Shown here piece by piece: positions 1 to 9,776 of a stretch of DNA of 64,000 bases. This DNA comes from an uncultured bacterium (GTDB lineage: Bacteria; UBP4; UBA4092). Both the position numbers and the translations under genes were made by a program. The DNA lies in assembly GCA_964644695.1 (NCBI GenBank), contig CAZXWN010000001.1, forward strand, positions 430,869-494,868. Reading direction: 5' to 3'. The notes under the pieces are model-generated. The model was not told the DNA's origin. It did no database searches and was given only the letters and a program-made list of their open reading frames with translations. Numbering within the stretch: the stretch's first letter is position 1; each line of letters starts with the position of its first letter.

Positions 1-1
1 A

Positions 2-460
2 TGTATCCAAAATGGAAATAAAGTGTTGTGTTGTGGAAATGGTGGTTCTGCAGCGGACTCACAACATATGGTTGCTGAATTAGTGGGGAGGTATTTGTTG
101 AATAGGAAAGCATTCCCTGCTATTGCCTTAACCACAAATACTTCCAATATAACAGCTATTGCAAATGATTTAGATTTTTCGGATATTTTTTCGCGACAGA
201 TTGAAGCCCTCGGCTTTGCGGGTGATGTGCTTATTTTATTTTCTACAAGTGCTGTAAGTCCCAATATTACAAAATCTATTGAAATAGCAAAGAAAAAGAA
301 AATTACATCAATAGGATTTACTGGAACGAAAAATTTCTTAATTCCTTGTGATTATGAAGTACATATTAACAGTCAAGATACTCCACGAATTCAAGAAATG
401 CACATTACCCTCATTCATATCATTTGTGAGCTCATTGAGAGGGAATTAGCCCATGTATGA
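2..460 (+). CDS. gmhA: D-sedoheptulose-7-phosphate isomerase (SIS domain), 5'-truncated by the window edge
   Basis: GNGGSAADSQH, TAIAND, FSRQIEAL, TPRIQEMH motifs; the frame is open back to position 2. Confidence 0.9.
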   Translation, partial: CIQNGNKVLCCGNGGSAADSQHMVAELVGRYLLNRKAFPAIALTTNTSNITAIANDLDFSDIFSRQIEALGFAGDVLILFSTSAVSPNITKSIEIAKKKKITSIGFTGTKNFLIPCDYEVHINSQDTPRIQEMHITLIHIICELIERELAHV

Positions 461-1475
461 GCCATCAATTTCGATAGTAATACCTGTATATAATTCCTCA
501 GCTTATTTATCTCTGTGCTTGGAAGCTATCAGAAAACAAAAGTATGACCATAGCAAGATTGAACTCATTATTGTGGATGCTGGATCGAAAGATAATACAA
601 TCGAAATTGCAAAAAAACATGGAGCAACTTTTATACTAGAAAATCCACTAAAAACAGGGGAGGCTGGCAAATCAGTTGGTGTACAGCATTCTTCAAATGA
701 GATAATTGCATTAATTGATAGTGACAACATAATTGAAGATGAACATTGGCTGCACAGGATGGTTGAACCTTTTAGAGATCCCACGGTTGCAGCTTCTGAA
801 CCATGGTTATACACATATCGAAAAATAGATCCAATGATTACAAGATATTGTGCATTAATAGGAATGAATGATCCTTTATGTTTATATTTAGGAAACTACG
901 ATCGGATTTCTACGATAACAGGGCGATGGACAGATCTTCCTCTTACAATTGAGGATAAGGGAGATTATCTGCTCTTTAATATTCCTCCAAACGATATCTA
1001 TCCTACAATTGGGGCAAACGGTTTTCTGATTCGAAGAGAGCTCTTACTCAAATGTGAATATATTCCGTACCTATTTGATATAGATTTGCCAGAACAATTG
1101 AAAATTTTTGGTAATTTTAAATATGCAAAAGTAAAGATTGGAATACTCCATTTATATGCATTGAGATGGAGTGACTTTATTCGTAAACAAAAGAGGAGAA
1201 TTAAAGATTACCTGTTTTACCGGGATAAACAGCTAAGATATTATCCATGGCAAAAAATTAGTAAATTCAAGACAGTATTGTTTGTTTTGAGAACGTTATT
1301 AATATTACCTGTTTTATGGGACTCAATTAAAGGATATTCAAGAGTAAAAGATTCTGCATGGTTATTTCACTTACCAGCTTGTTGGATTACACTCTTTGTA
1401 TATGGATCCGGCCGGCTACTTTCCTTGGTTCCAGGTTCAAGTCAAATTCTTGATCGCAGTAACTGGAAAGGTTAA
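453..1475 (+). CDS. GT2 family glycosyltransferase
   Basis: SIVIPVYN, VDAGSKDNT, DSD (DxD) motif, hydrophobic C-terminus. Confidence 0.9.
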   Translation: MYEPSISIVIPVYNSSAYLSLCLEAIRKQKYDHSKIELIIVDAGSKDNTIEIAKKHGATFILENPLKTGEAGKSVGVQHSSNEIIALIDSDNIIEDEHWLHRMVEPFRDPTVAASEPWLYTYRKIDPMITRYCALIGMNDPLCLYLGNYDRISTITGRWTDLPLTIEDKGDYLLFNIPPNDIYPTIGANGFLIRRELLLKCEYIPYLFDIDLPEQLKIFGNFKYAKVKIGILHLYALRWSDFIRKQKRRIKDYLFYRDKQLRYYPWQKISKFKTVLFVLRTLLILPVLWDSIKGYSRVKDSAWLFHLPACWITLFVYGSGRLLSLVPGSSQILDRSNWKG

Positions 1476-1534
1476 CTATTTATTATTTGGTACTGATAGT
1501 ATTATTTAATTACGATTATTGAAATGAGACTTCT

Positions 1535-2392
1535 ATGCAAACTGAGATTAAAAACAAACTGGAGAATATACTCGAAAACGTTGGCGATATGGGCTTTAAA
1601 AGAAGGGTTTTCTGTATATTTGATTACTTAGATATTCAAGCAAACGATGTCGTTTTAGATTGTGGTTGTGGTGAAGGTTTTTACACAATGGTTATGAATG
1701 AATTGTTTGAATGTAAAATCACAGCTTTAGACGCAGATGAGAAATTATTAAATATGGCAAAAGATCGAGTAGGAAATTCGACTAAAGTAGAGTTTGTAAA
1801 AATGGATGCTCAGAATTTGCCATTTCCTGATAATTCGTTTGATAAGATAATTTTCACTGAAGTACTTGAACACATACCAGATGAGATATCAGCTTTAAAA
1901 GAGTTATACAGGATATTAAAACCAGGTGGTGTTGTAGCGCTTACAGTTCCTTCTCATAACTATCCTTTCTTATGGGATCCACTTAATAAAATTCGTGAGG
2001 GATTGGGATTAGGCCATTTTAAAATGGATTTACTCGGTGGGATATGGCATATGCATATTCGTTTATATTACCCCGAAGATCTAAAACAAATAATCCAAAA
2101 GGCTGGATTTAAAATTGATGATTCAAAAGGTATTCTTCATTATTGCCTTCCTTTTAATCAAAATATATTGCGATTCTTCAAGCTGTTTTATACAAGTATT
2201 CCAATGCCGGAAGCCATAACATCATCAATGGAAAAATTTGACTGGAAAGAAACGATAAAAAAGAAACAACCGTGGTGGAACCCAATTCCCCTCGCAAAAA
2301 AAATATTATTGTGGGTTGATAAGAAAAATGATCGCCTTGGCAATATAGAAAACTCTTCGCTATGTATTGCCGTTAAAATGAGAAAAATCTAA
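1535..2392 (+). CDS. Class I SAM-dependent methyltransferase
   Basis: VLDCGCGEG, LPFPDNSFD, EVLEHI, LKPGG. Confidence 0.9.
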   Translation: MQTEIKNKLENILENVGDMGFKRRVFCIFDYLDIQANDVVLDCGCGEGFYTMVMNELFECKITALDADEKLLNMAKDRVGNSTKVEFVKMDAQNLPFPDNSFDKIIFTEVLEHIPDEISALKELYRILKPGGVVALTVPSHNYPFLWDPLNKIREGLGLGHFKMDLLGGIWHMHIRLYYPEDLKQIIQKAGFKIDDSKGILHYCLPFNQNILRFFKLFYTSIPMPEAITSSMEKFDWKETIKKKQPWWNPIPLAKKILLWVDKKNDRLGNIENSSLCIAVKMRKI

Positions 2393-2410
2393 TTTATTGA
2401 TAGGTAACTT

Positions 2411-4798
2411 ATGAAAAAAGATAAAGTAAACGTTTCGGATATTGGTGAGCAGAATAATCAAAAAAACAAATGGCTTATTGATTTAGGTGTTATTGCAATT
2501 CTTTTCTTTTTAACCATGGTTTTATTTAGAGGAATATTTGATACAAATCAAATGATTGTATCCACAGATTATTCTCTGTGGGGTCCAAAGATGTTTAGGG
2601 AATCATTACTGTCAGGACAATGGCAGAAATGGCTTTCATTTGTTTATGCTGGAATAGATTACCAAGCGTTATTTCTATACCCAAACCTGATTTTCATGAT
2701 TCTCTTACCACTTAATTTCTATATTGGGTGGATGTTTGCGTTTAATGTATTTCTGGCAGGCGCCTTTTCCTATTTACTACTGAGATCCTTTAGACTTGAC
2801 AGATATCCAGCATTCTTTGGGGCTTTAGGCTTTATGTTCACAACCCATATTGTCAGCCAAGTATATCCTGGGCATATGGGGAAAATGGATATGTTTATTT
2901 GGACTCCATTATTATTTCTTTTTTATACCAAAGCATTGCAGGATAAGAAATGGATTTACTTTGTTTCAGCGGGAATATGTTATGGACTTCATTTCTTAGC
3001 GGGTGAAGTACAGATAGCCTACTATATTGGACTTATATTAGCTGTTTATACGCTGTGGTTATGGTGGGGCTCCTACAAGGAAAACAATAACTTATCTTCA
3101 ATATTTAAGACAATTCCGGGTTTGGTTATTGTCTTGGCAATAACCCTTCTATTGGCTTTCAATGTGTTTCAATATTATCTGGGACTTTCATCGGCGGGAG
3201 AAGGTACCAACGCAGGAACATCTAAAGAAAGTCCTGCCAGTCAATATGATTTTGCAACATCATGGTCATTCCCTCCTGAGGAAATAGTCACTCTATTCCT
3301 TCAACGTCCTTTTGGAAATATCACTGGGGATCCTACTGGTAATGAATATTGGGGACGTATTGGCAGCAAAAATATGGTCCTGAAATTAAACGATGACTAT
3401 GTGGGTGTAATTCCATTGTTATTTGCCGCCATCGCTCTCATTACGCTTCCGAGAAGGAAAACAATATTCTGGGGACTCTTGGCGGGAATTTCATTACTAT
3501 TTGCATTTGGAGGTTATACTCCTCTCTATAAATTGGTTTATGCTTTCCCGGCCATGAAAAACTTTAGAGCTCCAACGAAGTGGTTCTTTATAACAACCTT
3601 TTCGATAAGTATTTTGTCGGCATTAGGAGTGCAATGGTTTTATACTCGTACAAATGACGAAAGCAATTCCAAAAAAGTAAATCTAATAATTAAATCTCTA
3701 CTTACATTATGTGGAATTAGCTTTCTCACCGTATTAATTGCTGAGATATTTAGCACACAGATTACCGGATTATTTAAGAATTTGGACTACTCGATTGTTC
3801 TATCCAGGTATCAAGTTTTCGTAAAAAGTTTATGGAAAATGAATTACATTCTTTGGCCCACAGCAGGATTAATTTATGCCGGATTGAAAATTAAAAATTG
3901 GCATTCAATTCGCAATATTATTGTCGGGTCATTAGCATGTTTATTGATTATAGAATTATGGATGTCCGGCAGTTATTTTATTCAATACTTTGATTGGAAA
4001 GATACTTATTCTGCCAGTCCCATTACACAATATATACAAAATGATAAAGAATATCCACGTGTTAAACTGGGTCCACAAAACGCGGTTGTTGCCAATATGG
4101 CCCAGATGCAATTCAAATACTATCAAATAAACCTCTGGGACAGCCCAGCTTCTCGATTACCAGTACATTATCAGAACTTCCTGGATAAGATCGCTTCAAA
4201 AGATTTTATGAAGTTCATGGACACCGTCAGTATTAAATACTTGGTCTCTGGACAACAAATTGGGGATCCAATGTTTGAACAAGTTCAAATGCAGCCTGGT
4301 GCTGTTTTATATAAATATGCGAATGCCGTACCACATGCGTATCTGATATCTAAGTACATAAAATCGGATTCGGATGATAAATCCCTGGATTTATTGGCTG
4401 CCCCCGAATTTAATGTTAGAAATGCAGTCATTCTCAATAATCCACCATCCGTTCCAAATACGGCTGATTCTGGATACGCATCAAACGCTGTAAATTTCAC
4501 GAAATATTCCAACAATGAAATCATCATGACAGCAAACGCACCTCAAGATTCCTTCTTAGTCCTGACTGACTATTATTTTCCGGATTGGAAAGCCTATATA
4601 AACGGCAATGAAACCCCAATTTATCGGGCCAATTATCTAGTCCGTGCAATAAGAGTTCCGAAAGGTCAAAATACGGTTAAATTTATTTATGAACCACCTA
4701 TGACGGGTCTCTATGTAACGGCCTATACCTGGATTCTTATTTTATTAGGACTTGGGATTTACTTTATTGTTTGTCTCAAAAAAAGGAGGATATTGTAA
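2411..4798 (+). CDS. YfhO-family polytopic membrane protein (putative GT-C glycosyltransferase)
   Basis: Many TM helices followed by the C-terminal YfhO-type motif LVLTDYYFPDWKAYING...RANYLVRAIRVPKG. Confidence 0.8.
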   Translation: MKKDKVNVSDIGEQNNQKNKWLIDLGVIAILFFLTMVLFRGIFDTNQMIVSTDYSLWGPKMFRESLLSGQWQKWLSFVYAGIDYQALFLYPNLIFMILLPLNFYIGWMFAFNVFLAGAFSYLLLRSFRLDRYPAFFGALGFMFTTHIVSQVYPGHMGKMDMFIWTPLLFLFYTKALQDKKWIYFVSAGICYGLHFLAGEVQIAYYIGLILAVYTLWLWWGSYKENNNLSSIFKTIPGLVIVLAITLLLAFNVFQYYLGLSSAGEGTNAGTSKESPASQYDFATSWSFPPEEIVTLFLQRPFGNITGDPTGNEYWGRIGSKNMVLKLNDDYVGVIPLLFAAIALITLPRRKTIFWGLLAGISLLFAFGGYTPLYKLVYAFPAMKNFRAPTKWFFITTFSISILSALGVQWFYTRTNDESNSKKVNLIIKSLLTLCGISFLTVLIAEIFSTQITGLFKNLDYSIVLSRYQVFVKSLWKMNYILWPTAGLIYAGLKIKNWHSIRNIIVGSLACLLIIELWMSGSYFIQYFDWKDTYSASPITQYIQNDKEYPRVKLGPQNAVVANMAQMQFKYYQINLWDSPASRLPVHYQNFLDKIASKDFMKFMDTVSIKYLVSGQQIGDPMFEQVQMQPGAVLYKYANAVPHAYLISKYIKSDSDDKSLDLLAAPEFNVRNAVILNNPPSVPNTADSGYASNAVNFTKYSNNEIIMTANAPQDSFLVLTDYYFPDWKAYINGNETPIYRANYLVRAIRVPKGQNTVKFIYEPPMTGLYVTAYTWILILLGLGIYFIVCLKKRRIL

Positions 4799-5523
4799 TG
4801 AAATGCATGATTGTCATTCCAACTTATAATGAGAAAGCAAATCTTCCGGTCTTAATAGAAGAAATATTTAAGCATCAAATTCCATTTTCAATATTGATAG
4901 TTGATGATAATTCCCCAGATGGAACGGGTCTAATTGCAGATGAATTAGCTAAGCAATATCCAGATAGAGTGCATGTAATCCATCGTGCTGGGAAAATGGG
5001 ATTAGGTTCAGCCTACATAGAGGGCTTTAAATATGCCTTAAAATGGGGTGCTGATTATATCTTCGAAATGGATGCAGACTTTTCACATGATCCCCGTTAT
5101 TTACCCGATTTTATTGAAAAGATTAAAGATTACGACGTTGTTGTAGGATCACGTTATGTAAATGGCATTAGTGTTATAAACTGGCCTTTAAGCCGACTGG
5201 TCTTAAGTTTGATCGCATCCCAGTATGTTCGACTTATTACAGGGCTTAAACTTACGGATACAACAGCTGGATACAAATGTTTCTCCAGGAAAGTATTGGA
5301 AACCATTGACCTTGATGCTGTTTACTCTAATGGATACTCATTTCAAATTGAAATGAACTATCGTACCACCAAATTAGGCTTTAAAATTGGAGAAATACCC
5401 ATTATCTTTGTAGATCGACATTCTGGAACTTCAAAGATGTCTGGTCATATTGTCAGAGAAGCTTTATATGTTGTCTGGAAATTAAGACTCGGTTTTGGAA
5501 GTAAAAATACTAGAAATAAATAA
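4798..5523 (+). CDS. Polyprenol-phosphate-sugar synthase (DPM1/Ppm1-like GT2)
   Basis: IPTYNE, VDDNSPDGT, EMDADFSH, FVDRHSGTSK; AGGAGG RBS and TAATG overlap support the ATG at 4798. Confidence 0.9.
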   Translation: MKCMIVIPTYNEKANLPVLIEEIFKHQIPFSILIVDDNSPDGTGLIADELAKQYPDRVHVIHRAGKMGLGSAYIEGFKYALKWGADYIFEMDADFSHDPRYLPDFIEKIKDYDVVVGSRYVNGISVINWPLSRLVLSLIASQYVRLITGLKLTDTTAGYKCFSRKVLETIDLDAVYSNGYSFQIEMNYRTTKLGFKIGEIPIIFVDRHSGTSKMSGHIVREALYVVWKLRLGFGSKNTRNK

Positions 5524-5561
5524 GTTAGATACAATAAGTAAATGTCTTTTCTATAACAAGG

Positions 5562-5605
5562 CACCATCGAACAAGATTGATCTTGTTCGATGGTGTTTCT
5601 TTTTT
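5562..5605 (+). repeat. Dispersed palindrome copy 1 with U-tract (probable intrinsic terminator)
   Basis: CACCATCGAACAAGAT-TG-ATCTTGTTCGATGGTG followed by TTTCTTTTTT. Confidence 0.85.
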
Positions 5606-5659
5606 AATTTTCGACAATAAAAGTTATGTTATATTGGTAGGTAATATTTGTTAGGTATT

Positions 5660-6910
5660 ATGCTGAATTTACGAGAAAAATTATCCCGATTAAAATCGGA
5701 AGCGAAAATTGAAAAGAACAACATCGATTCAGAGTTAATGAATTACGAAAAACTGGGAGAAACTCTGGGGGGAAGAGTATTATCCTCAGATGAAGGACAG
5801 ATAATTCATTTCAAGACTGAATTTGATATAGATCATTGTTACAATCACTTTCCAAATGGAAATTCCAAAATATGCCCCATTGGCATTCGTACGTTGTCTA
5901 ATATGGAGGAAATTGTCGATTTTCAGAATTTTGAAAATATCCTTTTTCTGGATACTGAAACAACGGGATTAGCAGGTGGAACAGGCACAATCGCATTTTT
6001 GACCGGAATTGGATATTTCTTAGATAACCACTTTGTGGTTGAACAGATATTTCTGCCTGATTACGGTGAAGAAGAAGCATTTCTAGAATATCTGAAAAGC
6101 CGGTTTTCCAAATATGATGTTCTCGTCACATATAATGGAAAATCCTATGACTTAAACCTGCTTAAATATCGATATCGAATGAATAGAATTGAGTTTCCAT
6201 TCAATCAATCCTGTCATTTAGATTTACTGCATACCTCTCGTCAATTATGGAAGAATAGGCTTGATCGATGTGGTCTCCAAGATATCGAGAAGCAGATATT
6301 GAATATTCATCGCAAAGAAGATATTCCTGGATCACAAATTCCCCAAGCTTACTTTGATTTTTTATCTCATCAAAAAATAGATACAATGCCACTTATCATT
6401 CAACACAATCAGATGGACATATTATCCCTGGCATTGCTTTTAATCTGGATAACCCAAACACTCGGGAATCCATTTCATCAACAAAATGCAGATGTTCAAG
6501 ATTTATATAGCTTAGGTCGTTTATTTAAAAAGAAATTTGAGAGTTCCAAAGCGATTGCCTGCTTTGAGAAAGCCGCAGGCTTAAAAGCCACTACACACAC
6601 CCGAGACGCAGTCTATCGTGAATGGGGAGAATTTTTAAAATCATCAAAACAATGGTCAGAGGCTGTTGATGTTTGGTCTGAATGGTTAAATAATGATCCT
6701 CTATTTCCCGAGGAACCCTTGGTTGAGTTAGCAAAGTATTACGAACATCAAGCACGAGATTATCAGAAAGCGATCCAGATAGTGGAACGGGCAAAAGAAG
6801 CGATTATTAATAGAAGAAGTCTTAATAGAGCCCTAAAGGTAAATACTAATCTTGCAGAATGGGATAAAAGATATTGTCGTCTTTGCAGAAAGATAAAAAG
6901 TAAGCACTAA
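5660..6910 (+). CDS. YprB/MrfB-like RNase H-fold (DEDD) exonuclease with C-terminal TPRs
   Basis: FLDTETTGL, TYNGKSYD, HLDLLH, HNQMD; TPR-like tail with ELAKYYEH; start at ATG 5660 or TTG 5648. Confidence 0.85.
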   Translation: MLNLREKLSRLKSEAKIEKNNIDSELMNYEKLGETLGGRVLSSDEGQIIHFKTEFDIDHCYNHFPNGNSKICPIGIRTLSNMEEIVDFQNFENILFLDTETTGLAGGTGTIAFLTGIGYFLDNHFVVEQIFLPDYGEEEAFLEYLKSRFSKYDVLVTYNGKSYDLNLLKYRYRMNRIEFPFNQSCHLDLLHTSRQLWKNRLDRCGLQDIEKQILNIHRKEDIPGSQIPQAYFDFLSHQKIDTMPLIIQHNQMDILSLALLLIWITQTLGNPFHQQNADVQDLYSLGRLFKKKFESSKAIACFEKAAGLKATTHTRDAVYREWGEFLKSSKQWSEAVDVWSEWLNNDPLFPEEPLVELAKYYEHQARDYQKAIQIVERAKEAIINRRSLNRALKVNTNLAEWDKRYCRLCRKIKSKH

Positions 6911-8646
6911 ACTGTTTTTGCGCTGGATTTTACTTTTCGTTTCGGGGTTATTTCATAATTATTGGATACGGATGTATCATCAAGAGGTAATTCACCCTCT
7001 ATCTCAATTGTAAATCTTGGTTCGGTTTTAAATATCTGCAATCTTTGCATACTATGCTCTTTGAGATAGGGTGCCTCATCTATAAAATCTATAATAATAG
7101 CTTCTGTCTTTTCCTCTATAGGGCGAAGAGCACGTCCAACTCTCTGTAAGGCTCTGGTTTCTGATTTTCCGCCACCAGCAAGTATTACACAACCTAATGT
7201 TGGAACATCCAACCCCTCATCTGCCAGGGTAGTAGCAATCAGAACTTTCAACTCCTTACTTTTAAATCTTTTTAAGACTTTATTACGCTTAAGAGTCGAA
7301 TCGTTACCTTGTATGAACTCTGAACCTTCAATTAAACGATATAATTCTAATCCATGTTTCACTTGTTGAACCAGAATCAATACAGTTCTTCCTTCCTGAA
7401 CCATTCCCTGAACAATATGAGTGATTTGTTTATTACGATGAGGATTTTGAACAATATGTTGTTGATAAACCGTGGCGTAATCCTTATTGCCAAGATTTTG
7501 CAATGATTGAACATTAAAATACTTTATACGGGGAGGCACAAGATATTTCTGATCAATTAAAACAGAGGCATTTATCTTTATGATTTTGGGGCCTAATGCA
7601 GATTCAATCAATAAATCCTGATGGTCAGCTCGGTAAGGTGTTGCACTTAAACCATAACGATAATATGCATTGCTTGTTTTCATGGCAACAGTATAACAAG
7701 TGTCTGCCGGCAAATGATGACATTCATCAAAAAACACAACAGGTGCTGATTCAATCAGTTTGACAATATCATCTCGAGCAGTATCAACCTGGGTTAAATC
7801 ATCTTGATCTTCTTCATCAAAAAACTGATATTTTTCACCCAACGCTCTAACTACAGTTTGAATGGTTGCTACCGTAATAGGCTCAATCTGTATTTTTCCA
7901 TCTCCAATTTGCCCAATGGGACAACCAAGATGTGTTTCAAAATACTCTTTCGTTTGATAAAGCAATTCTCTGGTATGAACAAAAAATACAGTAGGCAATT
8001 TCAACTTTGAAATCAATGACGCTGCCACCAACGTTTTTCCTGATCCCGTAGCCATTTCCAAGATACCCCGGCGATATTCAAGCGCTTTTTTAATCACCGT
8101 TTCCTGATATTCTCTTAAGGGTAGGGATGGAGCTGCAATTTTCAAGGAAGGTTTAGGAATAGGACGGTCATCAATTAGATGATATGTATACTCATTTTTC
8201 TTGAATCTGGCTATTAATCGAGGCAATAATCCTGTTGGGAAAGTATGGTCTCGTTTATTAAAAAGATGCCGGCGACCATCCCATGTTCCCTTTGCATATT
8301 TGGGATTATATTCAGCGCCTTGAATCCAAAAGGATGTTACTTCATCAATAATTTCGATAGGAAAAGATGAACCTTGAATAGTGCATAACACATTGTTAAT
8401 CCGAATCTGAAATGTAGATGCAGTCCAGTTCTTCTGGTAAATATCCATTATTTCAGGTTGAATGTTTTCGGGATGTAAATAAAATATTTTTAATATATCT
8501 GGAAGGTGGGCGATATGAACTTCCCATTGCTTATCATCAGGATTCCAGCGACGATTCTCTAATTCGCGAATTTTCGAAATAGTCTCAGAATCATACGGAA
8601 AACGCAAAGCCAGATATTCGTCATTTAGAAGAGACAGCTCTATCAT
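6907..8646 (-). CDS. SF2 DExH helicase (UvsW/XPB-like) with extra N-terminal domain
   Basis: MATGSGKT, DECH, SAT, EGLDVP, QRVGRALR; N-terminal NPKYAKGTWDGRRHLF resembles UvsW. Confidence 0.85.
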   Translation of the reverse strand: MIELSLLNDEYLALRFPYDSETISKIRELENRRWNPDDKQWEVHIAHLPDILKIFYLHPENIQPEIMDIYQKNWTASTFQIRINNVLCTIQGSSFPIEIIDEVTSFWIQGAEYNPKYAKGTWDGRRHLFNKRDHTFPTGLLPRLIARFKKNEYTYHLIDDRPIPKPSLKIAAPSLPLREYQETVIKKALEYRRGILEMATGSGKTLVAASLISKLKLPTVFFVHTRELLYQTKEYFETHLGCPIGQIGDGKIQIEPITVATIQTVVRALGEKYQFFDEEDQDDLTQVDTARDDIVKLIESAPVVFFDECHHLPADTCYTVAMKTSNAYYRYGLSATPYRADHQDLLIESALGPKIIKINASVLIDQKYLVPPRIKYFNVQSLQNLGNKDYATVYQQHIVQNPHRNKQITHIVQGMVQEGRTVLILVQQVKHGLELYRLIEGSEFIQGNDSTLKRNKVLKRFKSKELKVLIATTLADEGLDVPTLGCVILAGGGKSETRALQRVGRALRPIEEKTEAIIIDFIDEAPYLKEHSMQRLQIFKTEPRFTIEIEGELPLDDTSVSNNYEITPKRKVKSSAKTV

Positions 8647-9776
8647 TAATTTTTATCCCGAGAATAAAACCTCTGATTCATAGAACCCAATGTGCATGCT
8701 GTTTCATAATTTATCGTGGAACTTCGTCTGGAGATCTCACTTAATGAAATAAATTGGTCACCTTGTTTGCCCGCAAAAACAACCTGATCTCCTAACTGAA
8801 CATCCGGTACATCGGTAACATCTAACATCAGTTGATCCATACATATTCTACCAATGATAGGAACCTTACCGCCTCGTACCAAAGCATAACCATTATTTGA
8901 TAATAAACGATTAAATCCATTTCTATAGCCAACATTCACAGTAGCTATTTTTGTTTTACGCCAGGTCACAAAGGTGTGTCCATAACTAACTGTATGCCCG
9001 GGAAGGGCTTCCCTGATATGAGATATGGACGAGCATAAGGACATCGCTTGATGTAAATCAATTTTGCCAGACATAGATTCGTCTGGATATAGACCATAAA
9101 TCATTAATCCAGGACGAACCATCTGATAATAACTATCGGGATACTGAATAACACCAGCACTATTAGCTGCATGATAAATTGGAATGGGAATATTATTCCG
9201 TTTTAATTCTTCTTGAACCATATTGAAACGATTCAGCTGTGTCTTAGTAAAAACATCGTCTTCATCTGAGGCAGCTAAATGCGTAAACATGTAATGAATA
9301 TCAATATTGCTGTATTGCTTAATCGAAGACACAAATTTAACGGCAGAATCATAAAAAGGACCGATACGGCCTATTCCCGTATCGGTCTCTATTTGTATAA
9401 TAATCTTTTTATTTAGTTTTTTGCCCAAACGATCAATTTCTATTGCTGTTTCCTGATGTGCCACATTGGGTATAAAGTCATAATCACCCAATAAATCTAC
9501 TTCATGCGGTAATAAGCAAGTTAACAGCAACAGGGGTTGAGTAAACCCACATTTCCTAAACCTTACAACTTCATCCGGGGTTGCTACAGCAAAGATTGTC
9601 TTATCAAAAACACTTAATGTATTTACAATCTCTGGTAATCCATGACCATATGCATTGGCTTTTACTACTGCAGCAATCCAACGATTAGGACCAGCCAAAG
9701 TACGTATCTGCTTAAAATTGAACTCTATTGCACTGAGATTGATATCACAGTAAGAGCGCAACCCATCATCAGTCAC
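8646..9776 (-). CDS. alr: Alanine racemase
   Basis: AVVKANAYGHG (PLP lysine), HAANSAG, VRPGL, VSYG, GRICMDQ, INYE. Confidence 0.93.
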   Translation of the reverse strand: MTDDGLRSYCDINLSAIEFNFKQIRTLAGPNRWIAAVVKANAYGHGLPEIVNTLSVFDKTIFAVATPDEVVRFRKCGFTQPLLLLTCLLPHEVDLLGDYDFIPNVAHQETAIEIDRLGKKLNKKIIIQIETDTGIGRIGPFYDSAVKFVSSIKQYSNIDIHYMFTHLAASDEDDVFTKTQLNRFNMVQEELKRNNIPIPIYHAANSAGVIQYPDSYYQMVRPGLMIYGLYPDESMSGKIDLHQAMSLCSSISHIREALPGHTVSYGHTFVTWRKTKIATVNVGYRNGFNRLLSNNGYALVRGGKVPIIGRICMDQLMLDVTDVPDVQLGDQVVFAGKQGDQFISLSEISRRSSTINYETACTLGSMNQRFYSRDKN

